Positions 11,452-23,687 of a stretch of DNA of 64,000 bases are shown here, piece by piece. The stretch comes from Trichosphaerium sp. ATCC 40318. Its lineage: Eukaryota > Protista > Tubulinea. Numbering within the stretch: the stretch's first letter is position 1; every line of letters begins with the position of its first letter. The notes under the pieces are model-generated. The model was not told the origin of the DNA. It saw only the letters and a program-made list of their open reading frames with translations, and searched no databases. Location: contig JALMLS010000539.1 of the NCBI GenBank assembly GCA_038496445.1, positions 11,093 to 75,092 of the forward strand, in the 5' to 3' direction. The position numbers were made by a program, and so were the translations under genes.

Positions 11452-12751
11452 ATGGAGTCAACAGCAAGGTCAGTATTGACAATACATCTTTCCAAACTCT
11501 TGATTGCTAAAACCACGCAACAGATACGAAAATGAACCCACACGCCTTGTGGATCTCCCACCAGAACTATTAGCAATGCTTTTGGAGAAAACAACCGATA
11601 AAACGCGCTTCACCGTTGTAGCTTGTTGTCTAACACTCTCATCTATTATTCATAACATTATTGGGTTTAAAAGAGCAAATCTAACCAGAGTGTCAATGGT
11701 TTCAAATCTGTCGTCAATGCCAGGCGTACTCAAGAACACGAGACTTAAAATAAACCTCAAGTTTCTTAAATACGATAAAGCCGTAGAAGCTTTAAAGTAT
11801 ATTGAAGGTGTAAAACACGTTGACTTGTCACGTGGCATGGTAGTAGCTAAAGGACTAAAACACTTGTCCGGTGTTCATACTATTAGCTTGTCTTCAACCA
11901 AACTTAGTGGCTGGGGTCTAAAGTACTTGTCTGGCGTTCATGACATCAACCTTTCAAGTACCAAAATACGTGATCAACACTTAAAACATATATCTGGAGT
12001 CCATACAATAGATTTATCTAACACGCGCGTAACAGAGTTAGCAGCACTTTCTGGAGTCCATACAATAGATTTATCTAACACACGCGTAACAGAGTTAGCA
12101 GCACTTTCTGGAGTTCATACGATTAACTTGTCACGTACAAAAATAAGTGGTTCTCAACTGGCGCATCTTGCTGGTGTTCATACGATTGACTTATCTCTTA
12201 CACAAGTCGAAGATGTAAGCGCTCTCGCTGGAGTCTACTCTATAAACTTGAGACGTACAAAAGTAACTGAAAGTGTAAAGGCATTGGCTGGTGTTCATAC
12301 TATCAATCTCAGTGACACTAAGGTAACTGATGAAGGTGTTAAGGCTCTTGCTGGTGTTCATACTATAAGCCTCGCTTATACTAAGGTAAGCGATGACGGT
12401 GTAAGCGCTCTTGCTGGAGTTTATTGTATAAACTTGAGACGTACAAAAGTAACAGATGAAAGTGTAAAGGCATTGGCTGGTGTTCATACTATCAATCTCA
12501 ATGACACTAGGATAACTGATGAAGGTATTAAAGCACTTGCTGGCGTTCATGAGATATCTCTGAATTGTACTAGAGTTACAAATGCCGGTGTAAAAGCTTT
12601 AGCTGGTGTTCATACAATTGATCTCAGGTACACCAAGGTAACAGATGAAGGGGTACTTGCACTTATAGGTGTTAGTAATATACACCTTACAAAGACGGCT
12701 GTATCAGATGATGTAAAGAAAGCTGTTAATGCCACAATCCATCAGTGGTAG
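11452..12751 (+). CDS. F-box + LRR protein, with one probable 5' intron (11469-11523)
   Basis: ATG 11452 (MESTAR) spliced via gtcagt...caacag joins in frame to YENEPTRLVDLPPELLAMLL (F-box); ~14 LAGVHTIxLxxTKVTDEGVKA repeats. Confidence 0.85.
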
Positions 12752-12971
12752 GTAGATAAAATGTTAACTTTCGGCACCTTTATTTTTTTGTCAATTTTCT
12801 GTCAATGTGCTTTTTGATCACTTTGAATTTATTGAATTTGGTTGGTACTGTAAAACACAGTGCTTCTCAATACTGTATTCATCCATGTTGACATGTGTGA
12901 TGTGAAAGTAATAGAAATATACAGTTTAGTGTGGTCTTTATTTGTGGCTTTAATTACAAGACGTTTCTAGA

Positions 12972-13150
12972 GTTACATGCACAAATTGGGTCCAATCGTA
13001 ATATGCTTTCTCCCACCAAGGATTGTCAATCCATACACCTGGATTTCCACCAGGTCCTGGAATGAGTTGAGGCACATTCTTGATCATTTGACGATAGTCG
13101 TGAGAATCATTAGTGTTTTTCATCAATTCATCATGTGTGAACGACTTTTC
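12972..13150 (-). repeat. ~180-bp dispersed repeat copy B, open frame CPHCLEKSFTHDELMKNTNDSH...PGPGGNPGVWIDNPWWEKAYY
   Basis: Inverted copy of 9739-9918; lies within ORF 12950-13237. Confidence 0.8.
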
Positions 13151-13453
13151 AAGGCAATGAGGACATCTGAATGAGAAGTTTCTGAGTGTCTGTAGCCCTA
13201 AAGCAAGAGCCAACACGTGTAATAAGCGATGGCGCACACGTAAGGAGTGATAAACAATCTAATAACACGTATAACACGCCAATACTAATCATGGGACTAC
13301 GGTATTATTTTTTAAGTTGTTAACTAATAAAATGACACGTGACGTAGCTATTATCATTTAATTATAAAGTACACATCGCTAAAGAAACAAGGACAACCCC
13401 CACACCTTGTATACTACTTTGACGACTCTAGAAACGCTACAACAAAAGCCTTT

Positions 13454-14191
13454 CTAGAACGGGAAGGCGGACATGTTATAGACAGGTACAAATCGAAGTT
13501 TTTTAGACTTGAATGATTTAGAACTGTTTTGTTTGAAAGACCAATAAATATCATTGTTAGCGTGAGAATTTAATGATACGGTTGTTAGATGCTTGTTGTT
13601 TTCTCCTAAGAACCTTAAAGCACTATTGAAGAATCCAACGTTTCCATTAAGTAAGAACGTTTTAACTTTTGAAAGTGACATGATGAACTGATCTGTGACG
13701 CTTTGGCAGCGCCTAACGTTCACGTGTTGAGCTTCAGTAAACGACATTAAATAGTCGAATTCTACCGGAAACGCAAGGAGCGTGTTGTTCAAGAACCCAG
13801 GCCTCTTGGCGATGTGTTTGTTTTCGTCAGTAACGAGCAACTGTTGGAAACTTGTGAAGTTAATATGACATATTAAAAAAAAAAAGTTTGCCTTCACAGT
13901 TTTTAACGCTTACCCAACAATGTTATTGATTATCTGGTTCCATAATCGACAAGTACGAATAACTGATTTTCTGGAGCCATCCACACGTGATAGTATATTT
14001 ACGTTCATCTCTGTAGGAAGTGATTGTATCGTAGTTTGAGTGACCTACAGACTTGTTAGCATAACGTGATTCAATTTGGAAAGGTTTAAAAGTACTCCAG
14101 GAGATATAGAACGCTTGGCGTCTGGCGTTATTTTCTAAAGGACAAGAAATTAACAACAAAGGGATACAAGAAGCCGTACTTGTTTTTCCAT
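13454..14191 (-). CDS. F-box protein with degenerate LRR-like C-terminus, intron-containing
   Basis: Exon reading IQSLPTEMNVNILSRVDGSRKSVIRTCRLWNQIINNIVG (F-box, same family ending as TCRLFASIVHDVIG), then QHVNVRRCQSVTDQFIMSL LRR-like segment. Confidence 0.6.
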
Positions 14192-15264
14192 GGCTACGTG
14201 TGTACAACGAAGGCTATTTATTGGATGTTTAAGTGATCTAATCAATCAAATTTTTAAGCATGATGTTGAAATCCACGGCTGGTTTACAACGTCAAACATG
14301 ACATAAACTATTGAAAACTATAACAAGGCTTAAACGGGTTGTTGAACACTACAAACTTGAACAAAAAAGCATCAAAAGAAAAAAGAAAAAAGAAAAAAAA
14401 TCAATCATTGCTGTACAGCATTGATAAATATCTGATCTTGTTTTCCATGTGCGAATGCTAGCATATACCTGTGGTTTTAGTGAATACCACAATATTTTTT
14501 AAAAGTGATATGATTCTGTATTAAACTGTTTGAGTGAATGGGTATGTCACAAGAGTTATTCGAATATGATACTGTGCGGACTGCTATTGCATATCTGACA
14601 TTGTGCTTTGGTATCGGCCCCCTGGGGAGTTAATTGAAGTTAATGGGAACTCAAGGAAATAAATGCCTGACTTGTACAAGTTCCAGAAGTAAGTGGCTCA
14701 GAGTGGATCATATTCGAAATGGGTTTTTTTTGAAGAAAGAAAAAACAAAATCAATACTTTCAATTTCTGCTAAACAATGTGCTTTAGACTTAATCAATTA
14801 TTCAAAAATAAGTTTTAAGCCCATTTACAGTATGTAGAGCTCTTGAATAGCAAGTGGTGCAGTTTATTTTAGATTTTGCTGGAGTTCCTTGAGGACACAC
14901 TACAATAACCCTGACGTGAAAGCGATAGCATACTTTGCCTGTACTAGAAAAAAACATGGTGCAAATGAAGAATAAACTCTCACAAAAGATACCTTCTGAA
15001 GTGCAAAGTGGTATTCGAAACAGATATGTTGCTACCTGGTTCTTATAACAATATATTGTATGGAACGTACTGTCTTTTTCCAAAAGAATACAAAACAAGA
15101 CGGTCTTTTTTATGTAATTTTTTTGTTTATTTGATAAATCACGTGATGACCGTAGAGTTTGAAGCGTTATTTATAAGAGGTTTGCTTCAGTAATATTTTG
15201 GTTTGTTTTACAACCCGTTTAAAAGAGGATCGGGATCACTATTAATTCATCTTCAAAGAACTCT

Positions 15265-15984
15265 TTAAAAAACTTTCTCTCCGCATCTACTGCAAAAAAT
15301 TCCTCTGTAGGTGCCAGAATGTACAGCATTACCGCATTTAGGGCATGACGTATTTCCTTTTTGTACGAAACCACGCTCCTCTATGCATATAGGTTAATAC
15401 AAAGCCCGAAAACTAACAGACAAAAGTAAAATGCAGAAAAGGAGTTTCTGAGATTTTTTTTTTCAAATCGATAACTTCGCTTGAAACTTACTGATTACGC
15501 CTTCTTTCGCCCACGTGGTACCAGCAGTTGATCCTGTCTTATGCGAATCCAATTGTGTACTTCCCAACACACCACTAGCGATAGGCGGTTAATAAAACGG
15601 TTTTTTAAAATAACAAAAAGGAATAAGCGCCAAACACGTGTTACGAGCAGACAATTAAAAAAACTCGCGAGATTAAAGTTTTTCGCCCGATTTTTGCGAT
15701 AAGCTCGCGGTATAACGTAATAGAGAGCGTACCGGTATCCAGGAAGGGCTATATTACTTCCATAGCAAGCATTACAATATATTTTATCGCCGTGATTGCT
15801 TATTTTGCCAGGTGGTAGTGTTTTACTACAAACTACGCACTTCAAGCATACCTTGTGGTACACCTTTCCAAGGGCAGAAACGCGTTCTATTACGGAAAAG
15901 TTAAACGTTTTTTAACGATAAAGGGTAGAGTTTACCTGCGAAATATACTGTCTTTCCGCATGTAGGGCACTTTGGGCTGGACAT
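15265..15984 (-). CDS. LIM-domain (CRIP/CSRP-like) protein with C-terminal zinc ribbon, multi-exon
   Basis: [40 protein letters not shown]...HGDKIYCNACY; last exon CPKCGNAVHSGTYRGIFCSRCGEKVF*. Confidence 0.85.
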
Positions 15985-16519
15985 GATGGCTTGTAAACTT
16001 GAGATTTATAAAACTGAAAATAATACAATCCTCTGCCAGGGCTCTGGGTTTTTTACCAGGGCTATCTTACTAACGTTTACTGTGTACCAAAACTCCGTGT
16101 TTGGTGTACTCAGTACAGTTGCGGTTAATTAATATTCAATCAAGTGGTGAGATGATCATAAAAGAGGAAATAAGGAAGAAAGCGAAAAAAATGTGGAGCA
16201 TTTTCGTTTTTGTACAAATAATTGTTTTCACTTATCTGAAAATCGTGACATACTGCGGGTTGACGTTTCTAAAATAGTGTAAAATTATTCTTTTTGTGAT
16301 TACTGATATTTTTGAAGGGACAATCGAGTTTTCAAAAGAAAGAACTAAACAAAAGCCACCGTGAATTCTCGTTTCTTTTCAGGATTTCAGGAATACCAAA
16401 AAACCAAAGCTTACGTTTTCTGTTCTTGCGCGCTAGTAGTTATCCGATGACTTTATATATCGCAGTATAACTATCACTTATAGAAATCACCAAAATAGAG
16501 AATACAAGTTGGATTCCAT

Positions 16520-19500
16520 TTATTTCGCGTGTTGTAAAAAATTTGGAGTAGTACTTTTTGGTTTTTGAGAGTAAGCATACCAAGCAGTAGCCCCAAGACC
16601 TACAGCAACAATTAAAGCTATACTTCCTATTGTAAATGACATTGACATCTTTGTAGAGTCAGGAACCATAGATACCTAAGTACGGAAAGTAAGAAAAGCG
16701 TCTAGTAATTATTTGAAAAAAAACGAACAAAAAAAAAGTTACGGCATCAGGCTTGGCTTCCTACATTGAGTAATTACACTCGCAGGAAGCCAAACTTAGG
16801 TGCTTGTAATACGTAAATGTTATATGATGAGAGCGTACTATTGTATAGCCGGACATTGGACAGAATTGATGTATCAAAGTTGTTGCCATCTCCCTTGTTA
16901 CACCTTGCAGTTGAGTGCTGTCATTATTTGTGCTGTGTGTTAAGCTAGTTCGAGATGCATTTAGTACTTGCTCTGTACTTTTACCAAGCTCTGAAGTTGC
17001 CATGTCATAAAGCGCTTCACGGAATTCAGTTTGAGAAGGCTAAACAGAACGTCAAACACAATAATCTTGGGGCTGACGTACGCCCTTTGCATGAAGGTCT
17101 TTCATTAGTTGAATAATCTTACTTATGACACTCCGTCTATGTGTTGTTTCACATGTGACCTCAATAACTAGCTCACCTTGAAGTGCATCTCTAAAAAAAG
17201 TAAGCCAAAAAGTCAAAACATTAAAACGGTTTTTTCTTCTGTTGTTAACAGAACTACTTGCCCTCAGGACTGAGGTAGTAAAGCCCAAGCGTAGTAAAAT
17301 TTATGAACAATAAAGTATAAAATAAATAAGTACCCAAACATGTAATGATGCTTTGCACTGACATTGTAAACCTTTTGAGCACCAACAAGAAGTATTGAAG
17401 AAAATCTTGCGTTCAGTAAATGTGAAACAAGTTCAAGCTCTTGCGGTGCTACCTCAAAAGCAGTGGGTATTGGCCAAGTTAATGATACATAAGAGTATGG
17501 TAGTTCATGGTAAACTACTTTAGATGTAATGCCAGGCCGAAAAGTCAAGGAGCTTTTCAGCTGTCTTAATGATATACGATGTGTTGTTTCTGATCTTAGA
17601 GGGTGTCTATTTGGCGACTTACCAAGGAACTCTTTCAATAGCTTTCCCAACTTTTTTACACCGCCTACGCATGGAAATCAATAAAAAAATTACATCTCAT
17701 TTTTTTCCGGTTATTGCTATTTTCAAAGTCCTGCACGTGCTCTACAAACATAGAATTTTGTTTGTTGCTTCCAAGTATGTTTTCGAAGAATTTCACAGTG
17801 TGTATGACGTTATTAAGTAGTGTAAAGTCTCAAAAGTTGGTAATGAATAAAATGTTTTTTTTTATGGTACCTGAAAAGTTCACTGAGTTTGTGATATAGA
17901 AAGTCATCTCTGAAGGGTTACCAAAGCATTGATCGTATATATCGTTTAGTATGTGAGCACTTAAATGACTTAAAATTGATTTACGATCAACATATATGAA
18001 TGGATGCTCTCGCCAGTTCCATTTAATGCGCTTAATATTTTGTTAGTTTTACCAGGTATACAATATGGAAACTTACCTCTGTTGTCCAATCTACGTTGTC
18101 CGGTTTGCTTCTTATATCTCTAGCAAGCTTGGATCTTTCGTCTTCAACATCTTGATCGCTGAATGGTGATGTGATTATCATACACTGTCTTACCAAAGTC
18201 AACATATCAACTAATCCTTCTTGTCTTGTTGAGAAATTTATTGAACGTGATGTGTGAGATACCTTGATGAGTGTTTAAGTTGGAGGTGTTGGTGATTTTA
18301 GCGTACGTTTATATCAAGTTTATTTTGGGCTATTCCATATGTTTTTAACATTGTAGAGAGGTAATAAGCATTAACAAAGCGTTTGTAATCGGTAGAAGCA
18401 AAAGCCTTTCATAAAAATGTTAAACAGCTCAATTACCAACTGACGTACTTCTACGGTCCCACGTCCTTCTGCGTACCTTTTAAACAATTATGAGCAATTG
18501 TAAACACATATAATAAGTACATAGTACTTTGTTGCGAGGACGTACATGTTTATGTGTATGGCTTCAGTGCCTGGAAACATATTTGTATCATACTCAACTT
18601 TCGCTCCATTTGGAAGTGTCAGTGTTGTTGAAGGAGATGCCGTGAGATTATCAACTGCATCTAAGCTATTTCTACCATTTACTTCTTGTTCCAGAGGCTC
18701 TTCTGGCCTTGGAGTGAATACCTTAGACTAGCTTAACATTTAACTTGCTAATAGTAACATACTGTCTCATCAATAACAGTCTGTGTGCTACTCCATTCTT
18801 CTTTTGTTATTGGTGCCTTCTGATCTTTTGGGTATCGAACAATAACTAAGAGCTGCTCTGAGTTAAAAATATCGCTAACACAAGCTCTTAAGTGCTCTGG
18901 TGTCATTTTATCTAGAAGCTACAGTTCCTTAGGTACATTTGGATGCTTATTGTTGTTCATACCTGAAGCCATGGGTGACTGTCATCAGCAACGTAGTCAT
19001 TAGTATGTAATAATATACCAGACCATAATTGAATACATGACTCAGAAGAACTCTCAGCACCATCATCAACCTAGATATGGACATTAGTTGGAATGTTATT
19101 TTTGTTTGTATTTTCGTAGAACAATGTGAACGCACACCTTTGTGCTTTGCCAGTATGTATAAAAATACTCAAGCATGTTTGCAAATTCTGTATGAGAAAG
19201 AGCAATACGTTTGTAGTAAGATATAGAGCTATAAACTTGGTGCATTGCAGCTGGTATACCTTCTACTAATGCATTAGAACAAAACTTCACTAAATTACTG
19301 CTTTGATACCTGCTGGCCCTTCAAAATGTACACTAAATGTTGTTGTATGTTGAATAGTTTGTGGCCAATCTAAGCGTTGAGAGTTAAAAAAATCGAGGTA
19401 CTGGCTTCCTCGAAAAAGAAAACATACCAACTACCACTGGAAAGTCGAGTTCTTTTTGAATCAGTGTAGTAACAATGAGTACTGAAAGGTAATTCTTGAG

Positions 19501-21144
19501 GCGTCGAAGTGTTGTTAATGGATGTAATGTACTTGCTCTATGCCTGTGGGTAAGTTAGTATCAAATGTGCTTTAAAATCACAAATTTTACTGTTCGTACT
19601 TGTATGTGAAAGCGACGTGTATGTTGTCCATATTAAGCCCTTGACATACAAAATTACTGTCAAGTGTAATAGGAGGTATTGGAGGAGAGAATACTTGATC
19701 GTGTTTAGCCATCTAGATAATTAAAAAAATAAGAAAGAAATGAACCTGACTTTTTTATTTCATCCACAAAAAAACTTTGAACGCACTTTACCAAAAGTCT
19801 GTTTCAGTAAATAGATAACATCCTTGTCTGATCGAATATCACCAGCAATACCAATACCCATTAAGTGAGGCTAATCATGTACACGTAAGAGAAATGAATT
19901 AATATTGTTAACCGTACTTGGTACCACTTTTTTTTAAAGCTAGATAAAGACTCAACTGTAGCATTTCCAATGGTCTCAGAAGTGCCATTCAATGGTCTAC
20001 AGTATAAACTTTCACTACCATATAACGCTCCATTGAAGCAGCGTTTAATCTCTGCAGTTGGACCTAATCATTAAGTCAGCAAAGTATGAAAGCGCTAAAA
20101 ATTTTAAGTACCTTGTTGCTGGAGCTCATCTAAGATTATTTGTTGTTCTTCTCGGACATCTTCAGCTTTATAGTCTATTGTATTAACCCATTCATATAGT
20201 ATACTAATTGCTTTCTCTAATTTCGTCCATTCTTTTGACTCACGGCAAATCTCTCCGTTTTCTAACTTATTGCAAAGTCAATCAAAAATAGTATTCGTCT
20301 ATCCTTCCAAACACGTGTTTAACGTACAGGTACACAAAAATCAAATCTGGTGAATTCCCAGTACGTCCAAGACATGTCGTTCCATTGTTCAAGGCCAATA
20401 CTTTTAGCAAATTCAACCATTCTAAGGTTTAACTGCAATTAGTCATAAAACTTGACATCCAAAACAAAAATGGCAAACAACGTGACACTGGAAGTTTGAA
20501 TAAGGCTTACGCATTCTTGGAGATGTTTTTAGACCCATAGAACGCCATACGTTGTGCAAATCGAGCATAACCAAGTTCTTCCGGTGATTCGCATACAGAA
20601 CCAACCTTGCTTGTTTTAATCCAACGAAAGCAAGGTAAAACAGATACGTACGCGTAATACAAGTGTTATATAAACGCATTGAGGTGGTGAAGCCGTTTTC
20701 CGTACATAATATCTAAAACCGTTGGGAAACGATCCTAATATCGTTTGAGTACGTAAGAGAGCATTTTTAATCATTTTAGTACTAGATTTATTCGTGTCAT
20801 CCTCTGGAAACAAATCGTCGTCTTCTAGGGGATTGTAATCGCGGCCAGCTTGTATCTAATGCGTAATAAGCAGCTGAATCCATTTTGTGCGGTTACTTTG
20901 CATTGCCATGTGTCTACAATTGATGGATCACGCGCTATCTCTATGCTACGGCGTAACGCTCCTCCTATGCTACATAATGTAAGTTTACAATAACTTCTCA
21001 AAAAGCCTTTGTACTTTGGACGCAGTGGTTCAATGTTATCCTCGTCCTCTAAGCTGCGTAAGTATGCTACACAAAGCGTAATAAACTTTACTTTCCTTCA
21101 CTGAGCGCTAATTCAGCAGAAGAGTTTAAAGCTCTGCCTATCAT
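16520..21144 (-). CDS. PqqL-like M16 (insulinase family) protein, catalytically degenerate, C-terminal TM anchor, many exons
   Basis: GSFPNGFRYYVRK; KVGSVCESPEELGYARFAQRMAFYGSKN; TLPNGAKV in the second half; C-terminus VSMVPDSTKMSMSFTIGSIALIVAVGLGATAWYAYSQKPK...*. Start position tentative. Confidence 0.75.
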
Positions 21145-21243
21145 ATGTCACAGGGTTAATACTACCAAGTTGCGACTATTACTTTGACATTCTTAACAAT
21201 ACGAAGTCAAAAATGTTCAGAAATTGTTTTAACGCTCTACACT

Positions 21244-22186
21244 ATGACAACTAAGGTTTATCTACCTGGTGAAGTCATATTTGACAATAACGAGAACACA
21301 ATTAGAGCAGGACCTGGCATTACACAAAATAAAGATTTAAAAATCATCGCAACAAAGGCAGGAGTACTACAGAAGCGCGGAAAAGATTTACACTGGATAG
21401 AAAACTCACAGAAAAGGGTATTTTATCACAGAGCTTCGTTTATGCTTATTAATACGCGTCAGTATGTTCCAGCCATCGAGGATATTGTAATTGGAACGGT
21501 TGTTGATAAACGCAGCGCGGATTGGTTAGTAGACATTGGCGCTCACCAACACGCCACACTGAGCATATACGCGTTTGAAGGTACAGGCATTTTATCAAAA
21601 AACCTCTAAACGCACCAATAGGCGCTACAAAAAAGAACAGAGCTAACCTAAACGTTGGCGATCTCGTTTACGCAAGAGTACGTGACATTGGTTTTTTAAG
21701 TGTCAAAAGTTTTTTTTTAAATCTGCTTTAGGTAACTGTAGCTAATAAGGATATGCAACCAGAGATTGTATGTGTATCATCTTCAGTACGTGTTGATTGC
21801 CGTTTTGGTTAAAAAATAACAAAATGTGAAAATAGAACAAAGCTGATGGTTTTGGTCCTCTACAAGATGGTTACGCTTTTAAATGCTCTATTGGACTAGC
21901 TAGACAGTACGTTTAGGATGCTAGTAAACTTACAACACCTTCGAATGGAAACAAAACGATCACCTAACTGAGTTTATATAGATGCCTTTCAGACACTGTA
22001 GTTGTTTTAAAAGAGCTAGGAAAACGTATCCCTTACGAAATAGCTATTGGTATGAACGGTAAAATATGGATCAACTCTACAGAAGCACAACATACTATTA
22101 TAATCGCAAATGCTGTTATGAATAGTGAGTTTATGAGTGATAGTGCGATCGTTAAGATGTGTAATGAATTGATTCAGAAAATTTAA
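21244..22186 (+). CDS. RRP40: Exosome complex component RRP40 (EXOSC3), multi-exon
   Basis: VYLPGE, AGPGI, ENSQKRYVPAIEDIVIGTV, AFEGATKKNRANLNVGDLVYARV, FGPLQDGY, PYEIAIGMNGKIWI. Confidence 0.92.
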
Positions 22187-22417
22187 AAGTTGTTCAAGAC
22201 TTCCACTCAGAGATAGCTCTTTAATGGAACATACACCATTTTCCATATGCCCTGGTATACTAGAAAATATACTAAACACTTTTTGAGTGTATGCCAGATT
22301 TCAAGGTTTTTGTACAAAGAAGAAAGGAAAAAAATAAAAAAGAATGATAACACGTTTTGTAGTTCAATGAATAGATTTCTTTTTTTCTTCGGCAGTTGTT
22401 TACTATTTAACAAGATA

Positions 22418-23092
22418 ATGGCAACATATCTAGTCATAATAGATTTGGAAGCTACTTGTACACCATCAAAGAGTATGGCTCAACCTGTTCCTCAAGAAGT
22501 CATCGAGTTTCCCGCTATTCTTCTTAATGCTAGTTCAAATGAAGTAATTTCTGAATTTCACCATTATGTTCGACCTACAATACACCCAAAATTGCATCCA
22601 TTTTGTACCAGACTGACAGGTATCAAACAAGAAGTTGTGGACAATAGTGCAATATTACAAGATGTACTAAAAGAGTTTGACGTTTGGATATCAAAACTTG
22701 GTTTTGATGAAGATGACTTTGCTGTTGTGACGTGTGGTGATTGGGATATTGGTTGCTTACTTTTGAATGAATGTAATCATAAGCAATTAGATAATCTATT
22801 AACCAAGAAGTATTGGCAATCTTGGATTAATCTTAAAGCTGTGTTTAAAAAATGCTACAATAAGAAAAAGGAACATTCTTTTCTAAAGATGATGGATTTT
22901 TTAGCATTAAAGATTATTGGTAGGCATCACAGAGGTATTGATGATACGAGAAATATAACTAGAATAGTTCAACAAATGGTTAAAGACGGATTCTTGGATG
23001 GATTTGCAATCACAAGTGCAACACGTTTAAAAACAGTGAAACAAGCAGTGTCATCTTCCAACAAAACGTACACAGGCTCTGTTAGAGTATAG
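22418..23092 (+). CDS. ERI1-family 3'-5' exoribonuclease (DEDDh), intronless
   Basis: IIDLEATC (ExoI), EVIEFPAI, FHHYVRPTIHPKLHPFCTRLTGIKQ, VTCGDWD (ExoII), GRHHRGIDDTRNI (ExoIII). Confidence 0.92.
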   Translation: MATYLVIIDLEATCTPSKSMAQPVPQEVIEFPAILLNASSNEVISEFHHYVRPTIHPKLHPFCTRLTGIKQEVVDNSAILQDVLKEFDVWISKLGFDEDDFAVVTCGDWDIGCLLLNECNHKQLDNLLTKKYWQSWINLKAVFKKCYNKKKEHSFLKMMDFLALKIIGRHHRGIDDTRNITRIVQQMVKDGFLDGFAITSATRLKTVKQAVSSSNKTYTGSVRV

Positions 23093-23322
23093 GAGAAGCT
23101 TTATATCCAAAGCCGCTTCCTTCTGATTTATAAAATGTCACCCAACAAAAGTGAGACTGTCACGTGAAATAATAAAACAACCACAATCCAATATATTCTT
23201 GTCTTCTGTATCTCTTTAAGTACTATCGGATGTATGTCCAATTTAAGGAATAGTGCTGTAGTACTTTTTGTAACTAAGAATTGCTTTCGAGCTCGTATGG
23301 AATTACATGAAGAACTCCAACG

Positions 23323-23687
23323 TAACGCCCTTCCGTTATGAATGAATAATTTGAATATTCAAATACAGCCACATTCACAAATATTCACGACTAATAAAAT
23401 TCATTCATTATTCATGCACACAGTAAACGGTCGAAAATTGTGCAATTTGATGGCAGGTTTTGACTGGATTGGTGGCTTTTGGTGTTCTGTTGACTAGTCC
23501 GATTCGGTTTTCAAATGCAACTTGTTGAATCTATCCATTTGGTACATCGCTAGGTGCTACAAACCAAAAGTTCCTCAACATCCTGACTCACCAAACGCCC
23601 ATGAATATTCATGAATGAATATTAGTGAATATGGCTTACGGGACAATGAATATGAATATTGCTTGTATTCATAAAGGAAGGGCGTTA
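23323..23687. mobile_element. 365-bp non-autonomous DNA transposon (MITE), hAT-like
   Basis: TIRs taacgcccttccgttatgaat ... attcataaaggaagggcgtta (1 mismatch in 21); flanked by exact 8-bp duplication ctccaacg (23315-23322 and 23688-23695); subterminal gaatattc/atgaat repeats; no ORF. Confidence 0.85.

Noticed and set aside
7818-12751. Bona fide diversity-generating retroelement
   Set aside because: No reverse transcriptase, accessory gene or non-coding template repeat in the window; framework adenines are conserved
7818-14191. Integrated giant-virus segment
   Set aside because: No NCLDV hallmark genes (capsid, packaging ATPase, polymerase); some family members carry spliceosomal introns; only repeat-protein resemblance
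14450-15230. Short ORFs in long spacers (also 7000-7800, 43950-44400, 46500-47900)
   Set aside because: No recognisable motifs or consistent splice pattern; may be decayed genes or TEs but cannot be supported
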